Shown here: piece by piece, positions 25,101 to 38,100 of the stretch | How the letters are laid out: every line of letters starts with the position of its first letter | How positions within the stretch are numbered: position 1 is the first letter of the stretch | Translations under genes and position numbers: made by a program | The notes under the pieces: model-generated | Databases searched by the model: none | Told to the model about the DNA's origin: nothing | Seen by the model: only the letters and a program-made list of their open reading frames with translations | Source of the DNA: Octopus vulgaris | Lineage: Eukaryota | Assembly (NCBI GenBank): GCA_951406725.2 | Contig: OX597814.1 | Coordinates: 103,354,001 to 103,418,000 of the forward strand | Direction of reading: 5' to 3' | DNA length: 64,000 bases

Positions 25101-28100
25101 TGAGCATTTGCCACATACAAAAACTATCTTCCCAGTTAGCCTTCCTTTGATATTGCTGCATCTTTTATGTGTCCATAGCTTACACTGGGTACATTTTATA
25201 GAGTTTCTACCTACGCCTTTTCAAAAATCGAGCAGGGCCAAATACCTGAAGGGATTTGTGGTTTGTCTGCCTGCCTACTTATTAAGACTTTGGTTTTTGC
25301 TAGGTTAACTCTAAGGCCTTTCAATTCTAGACCTTGCTACCACACCTGAAACTTCTCTTCTAGTTCTGATAGTGACTCAGCAATTACAACAGGGTCATCA
25401 GCATAGAGAAGTTCCCAGGGGCAGCCTGTCTTGAATTCATTCCTCTGTTATTGCCTGGAGGACTATGATGAATAAGAAGGGGGCTGAGGACTGATCCTTG
25501 GTGGATCCCTACTCCTACCCAAAATTCTTCACTGTACTTGTTGCCAACCCTCACCTTACTGACAGCATCCCTGTACATGGCTTGTACAGCTCTTACTAAC
25601 CATTCATCTATCCCTAGTTTCTGCAGTGACCACCAGAAAAGGTATCTGGGGACCCTATCAAAGGCTTTCTTTATGTCAATGAGAACCAAGTACAGAAGCT
25701 TATCTTTGGCTAGGTATTTCTCCTGTAGCTGTCTTACCAGGAATATAGCATCAGTGGTGCTTTTCCCTGGCACAAACCCAAACTGCATCTCACCTAGACT
25801 GACTCTCTCCCTAATTAGTCGGGCTATGACGACCCCTCTGGCACCTTTACAGGTGGCACATAAAAAACACCCACTACACTCGCGGAGTGGTTGGCGTTAG
25901 GAAGGGCATCCAGCTGTAGAAACACTGCCAGACTAGACTGGAGCCTGGGGCAGTCCCGAGCTCCCCAGACCCCGGTCGAAACCGTCCAACCCGTGCTAGC
26001 GCGGAAAACGGACGTTAAACGATGATGATGATGATGATCCAATAACTTGACACCTGTAATTAAGTGGATCTAATTGCATCACCTTTACCTTTGTAGCAGT
26101 TGACTATGGTGCTGCTACACCAGTCATTGGGCATGACTCCTTCATGTATCTTATCACCTGGTTGACTATACAGGTGACTAGACTATAGCTAACACCGCCA
26201 GATATTTTAAGCATCTCTGTTGTGATTCCTGATGAGCCGGGGGCTTTCCCTATCTTCATACCCTTAATTGCTTTATCTACCAAGGTACTGTCAATTCTGA
26301 TAGCTGGTCTCTCTGTTGCGTCGACATGTTGTTAATCCTAAACAATGGTTAGATTGTTAAACCTGATCAGGCAGACTTATGGTCAAAGTTAATCCAGCCA
26401 TGACTGCCTCATCTTATAGTGTATCTAGGACTACAATGTTTTTTTCTAGTGTTTTAGGTGACATGTTTTGTTGGTAATGGTGTAATAGATAGCTAAAGAC
26501 ATCCAAATGAACTTTATTGGTTCCTCTATTGATGGAATATAGATTTGTTAGAAACTGGGTGTGTCTTAGCTCCAGCAGTAGATGAGGCAAGTTTGGAGTC
26601 AGTTAGGTTTGCAAGGTGAATATTGATAATATTAAAATGTTTTGTTGGTCATGTACCGAGGTGGGATCTCTAAATATTTGGATTGGTGATTCAGTCAGTT
26701 CCAACATATTGGTTGTTTGGTTGGTAGTTTCACAACAGTAGTAACATTCTGTCCCAAATAAATGCCTACTTTGTCCATTTTTGTGGTTTATTAAAAAAAT
26801 GAAGGGGGAACAGTAATATTGATGGTGAAGTGGAAATGGAAGCCAGAAGTTGAGGTGGTTCTTTTAGCAATCAGAAATCAACACTTCAACATATTGTTTG
26901 ACTACAGATTAATAGCACATTGAACTACGTAACCAAGGTAGCTAAGGGCCAGTTGATGTCAGTCATTGTATTTTAGTTGAGTAGTGAGACTGTTTGAACC
27001 TAGGAGTAATGGGTTTCTGGTTTCCTTTTTATTTGACTCTGCCAGAGTAATGACTATGGTCTCCTCTTTTCACAGTTAGTCAAAACGAATTCAAATCTTT
27101 AAATTATAGAAACAAATTAATAGAAAAATTTGGGCTTGAGGCCAGCAATTTTGAGGGTTTGGGGTTAGTCATGACTATTGACCTCAGCACTAGACTGGTA
27201 CTTTATTATATTAACCCTGCAGTAACAAAAGACAAAGTTGACCTCAGCTGGATTTGGACACAGAACTTGTCAGAGAAAGCTCTGCAAAGCATTTTGTTTT
27301 CCAACATTCTTATGGTTCTGCCTGCTCACCACTACACTTTAGCATTTAAACTGACCATATCCTGTTTTACTTTCAAACTGACTAGATCCAGCCTCTCACA
27401 CCTATCTACAATGTCATTCTAAAAATAAGCAGTCACATCATTGAAATTTTGGAGTTAGAGAATAATGCCTGATTAATTCAAAGCAATGTGAATGAATAAG
27501 CATTGCATTTGACAGTGAGGTCTAAATGCTAAAGGGTTAAGAGACCTGTATGGAAATAACAATATATGTTAAGGCAACTCTCTCTTCAAAACCTCTTTTA
27601 TTGTTTATTCAAAGAGGAAAAGGAAAGATTTTAAAGACATCTCTAAACTGCTGAGGGAAAGCAATCATTGGTGATAATAAAACAGATATTCAATGGCCTC
27701 TAACAGAGGCACAAGGCCTGAGATTGTATTAAGGTGATTGGGAGATTAATAATAATAATAGTCTGAAGAGTTGAACAATGTTGCCTAACACTTGTACCTC
27801 TCACAACTGTTGTTTATACGAGGAACATTGAAATATATTTTATATTTTTGGATATTGGAATGCCTGGCCATTACTGTTTTCAGCATTTTTCAAGCCGTGT
27901 GAAAATTGAGAGGAGTAATTACAATTAAGATTTCATTTTAGTTGTCATTCAAGTTTTATGTTTAAAGAAAATTACTAAGAAATAATAGATTGTTGCTGTT
28001 GAAATATTTGCAGTTCTTTGGTAGGACAACTAGTAAAACCATGAGCATTTGTATGAACTGAGTAAATATTTTTAATGTTAATCATCATCATCATAATCTT

Positions 28101-31100
28101 TTAATGTCTGCTTTACATACTGGCATGGGTTGGACAGTTTGACTGAGAACTGGCAACTCTGAAGGCTTTACCAAGCTCCAATCTGATCTGGCAAGATTTC
28201 TACAGCTGGATGCCCTTCCTAATGCGAACCACTCCGAGAGCGTAGTGGATGCTTTTTACGTGCCACATATTCCAAGCTGCTGACTTTTAAAATTATTCTT
28301 ATTTTTCTGTACTTACTAATTTTTATTTTCACTTGAATTTTCTCTGGATACCTAGTTCTAATACGGAAATTGCTGTTTCAATGCCCTTTTGACACTCCAC
28401 ACCCTCAACTCAATTTTGATTTTTGATTTTCATGTTAAAAGAAAAAAATATTTGTTCAGTGAAATTGAAATTTTGCTTTGTACTGATTTTCTTTTGTAGG
28501 AATTGGTATGGACTCGAGTGTGACACCCCTGCGGCACGGTGGGCTCTCATTGGTACAAACAACGGACTTTTTCTATCCCCTTGTAGATGACCCTTACATG
28601 ATGGTAAGTAGTCCTTCAGATATTTTTAGCCATGGGGAACAAAAACGTTACTCTAAACATGTTAATCTGTCTCACTTGTCAAGTCTTTTGTACCCAAAGG
28701 TTTTTAAGAAGACTGGGACCATAAACAGCTCATGGCTAAACACTTCTTAATATTCCAATTTTATCTAAGGTGGCAAGCTCACAGAATTGTTAGCATGCCA
28801 GGCAAAATGTTTAGAGGCATTTAGTCAGTCTTTGCTTTTCATCCTTTCAAGAGGTCAATAAAATAAGGACCAGTTGCATGGGAGATGCATTCAGTTTAAC
28901 CCCCAGCACCCACTCCCTGCCATTCTCTGAACTTGCATGCTTTGTGCCAGAATTTGAAATCCATATTTCAGTTTTATCCAAATCAACGTTTTAAGTAATA
29001 AATATAAGAATAAGATAATGTAAAAATATTATTTTGCTACCTTGAGATTTATGTGATAATTTATTTTAGAAAATTGTAATGTAAACAGGAATTAGTAAAA
29101 TAAAGAAAAAAAAAGCTGTTTAAAAAAATCAAGGAGATCCAATAGATAAGGAATTCAAATATTTGGTGAGAGGGGTGGATTAAAAATTAACGAGTATTGG
29201 GAAAATTAGCCATAAGAGTGTTGGAAAACAATTTGTTTTTGCTCACTGTTGTCTGCATTTAGTATGTTGTTCAAGCAGAAGGCGCTCATTAGATATATGT
29301 CATTAATAACCTAATTAGTGAATTAACTCTAAATTCTTTCTGTGGTTCATTGAAGAGACGTTTATCACTGTAAAGTACTTATTCCTTCAGCCCATAGTGT
29401 CATTTAATCAATCTAAAGAAAATTCAGAGTACCCCATTGCTTCCCATTTTTGTTTTGGTAGTGGCGGTGGTGGGATCCTAAGGTTTAATTAATCTGCACT
29501 TTGCTCTCTGTCCTTCATGCAGGTATTGCTAGGCAAAGTTCTAGTGGCTACATCAGTTTAGCCCTTTCGTTACTATATTTCTGACCAAAATACACCCCTT
29601 ATGTGTTTCAATTAATTTCTAACATAATCATAAATTTAGTCTGGTTTCATTAAACAGCTATAACCTTTTTATTTATCGATATTTTAATGTGATTTTTGGA
29701 AGATAATTTAATGAAAGGTTTTCAACCAATTCTATACCATAATTTTTGTCACAAAGTGACTCTCATTGCAGGTAGATACAGGTAAATACAGGTAAATTCA
29801 ACAAAGTATCATCATCATCGTTTAGCGTCCGTTTTCCATGCTAGCATGGGTTGAAAATTCAAATTTTTGTTCAAACATCGCTATAGAAAATGGGTTATTA
29901 GCTAATATTCAATTGGGTATACAACAAAATTTTACTATAGAATTTGTTATTCTGGGTAACTTTCTGATACCCATAATAATATTTATGGCAAAATAGGCCT
30001 TAATTTCATTTAAGGTTGTGGGAAACCACAAACTATCCTTTCTTTCGCTTTGTTTACATTTAGCGTAATGATTCGTTTCTGCCGTAATGATTTCAAATAG
30101 GCTCATTTGAAAAAGTAAAAAAAAATAGTCTACGTGCTTTACTCTCCTGGGAAAGACTGTGGCTTGGTCCAGTTTCTTCAGAAAAATCACTGGAAGAAAC
30201 AGTTTTTAAATTTTCACTCCATTCAGGTGCCAATTCATTTTCTTTATCGCTGTCGGAGCTCTCGGATTCACTGCTTTCACTTTCGGAAAATGAAACATCG
30301 GATTCATTATCAAATACCACATGCTTTTTTTTTTTTTCAGTCATAGTTAGATTTATCAAGGTCTTCAGTAGGAAATCCTTCGAATTCTGACTCACTGCTT
30401 GATAGAATGAAATTCATATCCATTTTTTGTCAGAGTTACAAATTTTGAAAACACAATAGGAACAAATTTGGAAAAAAATCTCCCAAAATTCACGGAATTA
30501 AAATTACGCGTCGATCGTCGATGAACTGTTTACAAAGTATAATCACGTGTTTTCACGAATGTACTAATGAGATTTGCTCTGATATTCTCATTTAAATATG
30601 AATAGGTAATTATGGGCAGTTTTGGGCGGCTTGGTCACATGAACCAAAATTTATTTCGGGTGGCTTTGGGCGGTTTGGTAACGAAAGTGTTAGCTGTCAA
30701 ATGCTACAATTTGTAGGAATTGGTTCCCATTGCCTGCCCCTATTTAGAGCAGTTTTATGTCAGTTCTTTCCCTTTATGTATTATCTGTTGAGCAGTGTTG
30801 TCTTGTGACTTCTGTCTTCCTTTTTGGCTCAGATCTGAAGTTCTTCATCAAGAAGTTTAACCTGTTGCTCCTCTTTAAATGCTAATTACTATTGTATGTC
30901 ATTAACAATGCCCACCATGGATTCTCTTCTCCTATTATTGATATCCATTCAGTAAAAGTCTGGTTCCCTGTTCCACACCCTGTGTTCATCTTTCAATGTT
31001 TCAATAAAGACAAAGACTATCTCAGGCAGACAGAAATGGAATATTGGTTTCATATCCATTATCATCATCATCAAACGTCCACTTTCCATGTTGGCATGGG

Positions 31101-32117
31101 TTAGAGACAAGATGTTAATACATTGTTAAAATCCCAAATGGCCCTTATACTCATAACGCCATCAATAGGAACTTGCATGTGTGAATTATTGCAAGCAACT
31201 TAAAAATTATTTTGTAAGACATCTATGAAAGAAGCATGTCAGCAAAATAATCTGATGCAGCATCTATAAGGGTGTGCTTGTGAAAACAGTCCAAACTAGA
31301 TACATGGCCCAACGTCTAAGTACCCCCAACAGTTCCATGTCCTGCTGGCATCTCTACAGCACAACATCTCCATAGTTCTACAGTTCTCTAATTCAATAGA
31401 AATCATATAACTGAGATTTATTTCCATCACAATCCTACATTTTAGAAATCTTTCATTCTTTTTCAAATCTTATTTTTACTGACATATTTTGTCTCTTCAG
31501 ATCTACCATACACATTCTGGCAGTTATCATTTTCTATAAATTGTTCAGACCACCTTGGGGCAAATGTCTTCTACTGTATCCCTCAGCTGACTGAAGCCTT
31601 GTGAGTGGATTTGGTTGATGGAAACTGAAAGAAGCCCATCTGTATCTATCTAATATGTGCCTTCTCATCTTGATAGTGTGGGATAGTTGTAAAATGATTG
31701 TCCCTGTCATATATGCATTGTCATTCATTTCCAGTTTTGTGCGAGGGCCTGCCTGGCTATGGACAATATTACTTTGGGAAACGGGTGAGGGTTAGCGTCA
31801 GGAAGAGCATCCAGCCACAGAAAATCTGTCTCAAATGCCATTTGACTCGACTTATTTCTGTGTCGCTTTTTTTATTCTTTTACTTGTTTCAGTCATTTGA
31901 CTGTGGCCATGCGGGAGCACTGCCTTTAGTCGAGCAAATTGACTCCAGGACCCCTTGTTCTTTGTAAGCCTAGTACTTATTCTATCGGCCTTTTTTTTGA
32001 CGAACTGCTAACTTACGGGGATGTAAGCACCTCAGCATCGGTTGTTAAGCAATGGTGGTGGGCAGATACATACACAAATATCTATGTGTGTGTTTATCTA
32101 TCTATCTATCTATCTAT

Positions 32118-32155
<38 letters not shown>

Positions 32156-35100
32156 TGACAGGCTTCTTACAGTTTCCGTCTACCAAATCCACTCACAAGG
32201 CTTTGGTTGTCCCGAGGCTATAGTAGAAGACACTTGCCCAAGGTGCCATGCAATGGGCCTGAACCTGGAACCATGTGGTTGGGAAGCAAGCTTCTTATTA
32301 CACAGCCACGCCTTCACTTATTCATGTAAAATATTGTTCCTATTTTCATTCTCTTCGTGTAACAATCTGTCCTGGGGTCAGGTTTTAAAGAATTGAAATT
32401 GAACTGATTGAGTTTAGATGATGTTATATTTAATACCAATCACCCTAGTGACTGAAGTTAAATATAAAAAAGTTGTCTAATCCAGAATATTTCCATGTCT
32501 TTTATAAATAAAGTTTAGTCTTGTGGTGGTCTCTTTTAAAATTTCACATGTTAGAGGTTAGGGTTTCACTCAACCTGTGTGGCCCATCTTATCACGAATG
32601 TATATAGGTGGTTACATTAGGTCACTTGTGCTCCGTTCACTCTACCTTTACCCTCTCCTCCTCTACTGCCTGTTATCATCACCTTGTGTTATGTCAGCTT
32701 ATCTAACAGCATACTCTAGTTCCTTTTCTCAAAGACTCTGTCATCTTCCTGCCATCTCAGTTATATTGCCTTTGATACACCTACCCATCTCTCAGAATAT
32801 TATCTACTCTATGACTCCTTCTCCTCCTCTTCTTGCTCACATCCCTCTCATCACTATCACTCATATTTCTCACTCTAATGGAACAGACAACTGAAAAGTG
32901 ACAGCCTGGAAAGTGGTTGGTGTTAAGGGGATCCACCTGTGGAAACCAAAGCATAATGGAGCCAAGTGTATAAAGTCCCCCTGTCTCGGAGAGCAGACCT
33001 GTCCCACTCGTGTCAGCATGGACAGTGGACATAAAATAATAATGAAAGAAACCAGAGTTAGAAATGAAGAGGAACCAAGTTTGTTTAAGGAAGCAGGACA
33101 GCTCTCAAAGAACAGAAGTTTTAGAGTGGGGAGTTGGTCTCTATGTTTGCAACGGGGTTCAGCAACAGGCAGTCAGGTGATGGAAAACTAAAACAGTTCC
33201 TCTGATGGGTTTCAGCATAGTTTTCATGTGATTATACAAGCTTTGTACCTAAAACTATAGAAGATATACTGTGAGATTGAACCCCAAAACATGAAGTTTG
33301 TAAAGCAAACTTAATCTATACTACCATAGCTGCACCAATAACTTGTATAGAAAGGATTGAATTATCTCCCTTTGTTTGAACTTTATTTTTAATTTTTAAC
33401 CCTTTCGTTACCAAACCGCCCAAAGCCGCCCGTATTTACCTATTCATATTTAAATGAGAATATCAGAGCAAATCTCTTTAGTACATTCGTGAAAACAGGT
33501 GATTATACTTCGTAAACAGTTCATCTAGAGTTTTGTACAACGATCGTCGTGTAATTTTAATTCCCTGAATTTTGGGAGATTTTTTTTCCACATTTTTTTC
33601 GGCATCGATTTTTCTTCAACTTTGAAAATGGATAGGAGTTTCATGTTATCAAGCATTGATTCCAAATTGGAAAATTTGTGAAACAAATACTGGATACTGC
33701 ATGGATTTAGTTTTTATACAGGGAAAATAATGTTAGTCAGCATGGCCTAGGGAATGATATGGTCTGGAATTTATCACTTCCATACCATAATCAGGGCCGT
33801 ATATTATTTTTTGACCGATTTCTTTAGTTTGGTCAAACGTGCGGTGGATTCCAGTATTTCACTTTATTCCACCTTTATGGTACACCTGTTGTGCATTAAA
33901 TTCAACTGATGATATAGTGATGTGCACAATTCTTCTTTATCAAAATTTTGTTGCATACCCATTTGAATATTAGCTGATGATTCATTTTCTATGGTGATGT
34001 TTAAACAAAATTTTAATATTTTTACCTTTTGCTCAATTTAAAATTTTAATATTTTTACCTTTTGCTCAATTTACCTGGATTTACTTGTAATTAAAGTCAC
34101 TTTGAGACAAAAGTTATGCAATAGAATTGATTAAGAATCCTTTCTTTAATTATGTTCCAAATATCACATTAATATGTTGATAAGTAAAAAAGTTAGTTAT
34201 TTAATGAAACAAGCCTAAATTCATGATTATTTTAGAATTTAATTGAAACTCATGAGGGGGTGTATTTTGGTCAGAAATATAGTAACGAAAGGGTTAAACT
34301 TAGTATTTTCTTAAGTATTAACAGTTTGTTTCTGCTTGTTTGATTGGTTTAGTAAATATTTGTGAATTAATAATGTCCTGTTTGTGTACAAGGTCTACCA
34401 TTGTATATTTTATACAAGACAGAACACGTAACATTGAACAAGTTTGTTTAACCTATTCCATTTAGTGGGACAACACTTCCCAAACAGTAAATCTCTTAAA
34501 AGTGTGATATCTATTTTTCATTGGATGTACAATGACTATCATCTAAATTGAATTAAATAACGATTTCATGTAAATAATTCTGTTTCCTTTTTTTCTTTTT
34601 AGGGTAAAATTGCTTGTGCCAATGTGTTAAGTGACTTGTATGCCATGGGCGTCACCGAATGTGACAATATGCTCATGTTGCTTGGTGTCAGTAATAAAAT
34701 GACAGAAAAAGAAAGAGATGTGGTCGTTCCAATTATGATGCGTGGTTTCAAGGTCAGTTTTACTGTTTTCATTTTAAATTAGTGAATTAATTAGAAAGAC
34801 ACTCTTAATTAATATATCTGTCTGTTGTTTGCTGTGGTATTTATTGCTTTAACCCTTTAGCATTTAAACTGGGCCATATCAGGCCCAAATATCTGACCTG
34901 CTTTATGTTAACACTAGCCAGATCTGGCTTCTCGCACCTACCCTACAATGTCATGCTAAAAGTAAGTAATCACATTGAAATCTCAAGGCTATGAAATCAT
35001 GTATGATTAAATTCATATCGATGCGAATAAATTTGCTTTACATTTGACAAAATAATCTGAAAGCTAAAAGGATAAAAGTTTGATGGATGAAACAATTCGA

Positions 35101-38100
35101 AAGGCAGTGAGCTGGTAGAAACGTTAGCACGCCGGGTGAAATGCTTAGTGGTATTTCGTCTGTCGTTACGTTCTGAGTTCAAATTCTGCCGAGGTTGACT
35201 TTGCCTTTCATCCTTTCGGGGTCGATAAATTAAGTACCAGTTACACACTGGGGTTGATGTAATCGACTTAATCCCTTTGTCTGTCCTTGTTTGTCCCCTT
35301 TATGTTTAGCCCCTTGTGAGTAGTAAAGAAATAAGAAACAATTCAAAAGGAATCAGTGGATTTGGGAAATAGAAATGAAATACTTTGGTATTTCATTGTT
35401 TTTATTGATTTTAACCTTTTAGCATTTAAACTGACCATATCCAGCCTAAATATTCTTGTTGTTTTATGTTCAAACTAGCCGGATCTGGCCTCTCACACCT
35501 TCCCGAAAATGTCATTCTAAAAAAAAAAAATAAAGTATCACATCTTTGCAATCACAAAACTACAAGATAGTAGATACCATATTTGATGGCCTACAAGATG
35601 TACCTTTTTTTTATCCCAAAATGGCTTTAAAAAAACCCCTGTGTCCAGTGCATTCAATGTAGGCTCAAAAAACTCAGACTGCATTTCTGATACTATATTT
35701 TATAAGAAAGAACATGGTAATATCAGAGGGGGAAGGGTTTGTGGATGGCAGGGCATTACAAAACGTGTGCTGCCATCTGTCTGTGGTATGTTTAAATTGA
35801 ATGTGGATGCAATAAATTGCTTATAATTACTGCTAATAACATAAAGTGGAGGAATTAAAACATTATTTTAGTAGTAATTTATTTTACAAAAGTATAGCCT
35901 AGGCTGGGTGTGTTCTATGCAATCGTGCATCTCATAGGCCATCAAATACAGTAATTAATTCAAAACAATGTGAATAAATAAGAATTACATATGACAGAGC
36001 AATCTGAATTTCTAAGAATATAAGAAAATGAAAGTCTTAGCCAACTTGGAATTTCAGGTTTGGTTGATGTAAGAATTCTGATGTAAATCTTGAGGGAAAT
36101 ATTTAACATTTTAACAATTTGAAGCAAAGTTACCATCAATATCACCATCATCGTCATCATTTAATGTCTGTTGTCCATGCTGGCATAGGTTGGATGGTTT
36201 GACCAGGGTTGGTAAGCTGGAAGGCTGCACTACATTCCAGTCTGATTTGGCATGGATGCCCTTCCTAACACCAACCACTCCAAGAGCTTAATGGGTGCTG
36301 TTATGTGCTACTGGCGCGAGTGCCATTTGCATGACACCAGTATCTGCCACGACTGCAATTTTGCTCGGCTTGTTGGGTCTTTTTCTCAAGCACAACGTAA
36401 TGCCAAAGGTGTTGGTCATTGCCTCTGTGAAGCCCAATGCTCGACAGGAACTCGGCCACTTTGCCTTCATGAGGCCCAACTCTCGAAAGGAACTCAGCCA
36501 CTTTACCTCTGTGCGGCCCAATACCCCAACAGTGCTCATTATGTGCCACCAGCATGTGTGCCAGTTAGACACTAACATCAACCATAAAAAAAAATGTTTT
36601 TGTTATGAGTGCCATTGACCTTAAGGTTAGTATTGCTTTCTTGAATGAGGTCATAGAGAGCCTGGCATTTATGATTGAGGGATGGAGTTGATTCAGTCGA
36701 CACTTGGAATATTGATCACTAAATTGTATTCCTCACCATTTCATTCTTTCAACAGTATAATTGTGGAAAGAACCAAATTTGGCAGTTCAAAGAACTGTTA
36801 TTACATGGAAAAATGTGAGCATGAAAAGTAATATTCTTAAGATTTTAACCCTGGAAAAGTTCAGGACAAGTTATTACACTTGGAAAATAACAGGACAAGT
36901 CATTACACCTGGAATTGTATAGGACAAACTATTCTAGTAAAGAATAAGAAACTTTTTACTTAAAATATTGCAACTAAGAATGCCAGTTCTAATCACTCTT
37001 TACAGTTCTCATCTTATAAATTTATTGTACAAAACTGTTCAGCTAATTTGTAAGTTTATCTATTAGTCACTTTTTTCTGTATTTAAGGTTGTAAATTAGC
37101 CAAATTCTACTTACATAAGTATTGTGTTATTTGTAAACTATAAGTTTTGATATTTAATTTTAATTTTAGCTGCAATATTTTAAGTAAAAAGTTTCTTATT
37201 ATTTACTAGAAGTAAAAGCTTGTCCTATACTTTTACAGGTGTAATAACTTGAATCTTAAGAATATTACTTTTCATGCTCGCATTTTTCCATGTAATCCTT
37301 GATTTTTCCAGGCATTGCTATTACAAGATAATTAATATGTCAATTAATAATTTAAGATTTTACCTTATAAAATACTGAAAGATAATTAAATTTTTTTCAT
37401 GTTTAATTTAAATATTTGTTGTGATTGAATTATTTGATATTACCCATCCACACCAAATTAATGGCAGGGATTTTTACCATCTTGTTGGTTGCACCATGGC
37501 TCACCGAAAGTTACAAACAACAAGACCCCAAAACCATCAGTTGCCAGGCTCACCTTAAGTAACCTCATTTTCCAATATTAGGAGGTCACAGGAATTCATT
37601 CAATGAAAAAGAAAATTTCCACTGATTCCAGGATTAGTGGCCCCCCACCCCCATTTTTTCTGAGCCAGAATAAGGGATTTGCAGCATATTAGGAGGTCAG
37701 GGTACTTTATTCCACACAAAAAAACTTTTTTTTTTGCTTAGTGAAAATCATGTGTGTATTAATATAGAAATTACCATAATGTTGTTATTTAGCTTCAAAT
37801 CAACCCTGATACTGCATCAAAGACATTCCAGCCTTCAACAAACTGTCTTTTTAGGGATAATCTAGGACATTATGTGCAATGGGTTTGTGATTTAGGTAGG
37901 GGGATATTTTGGCTGCTGTTTTTAGCATGTTGAGCAATCAGGTAGAGGCTCTTTCATTGGTTCAATTCCGTGATGAGATTTTTTTACATGTATATGTAAC
38001 ATGTATATATATATATCATCAGCAGAAGTTGGAGAGTTTCATGTATTGCCACTTATCAAACACGAATTTGCCCTTTGTCACTCTGTAACTTCTGATGAAA

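Noticed and set aside
27763-27815. ctgaagag motif resembling a Penelope-type hammerhead
   Set aside because: No GAAA core or stem I partner
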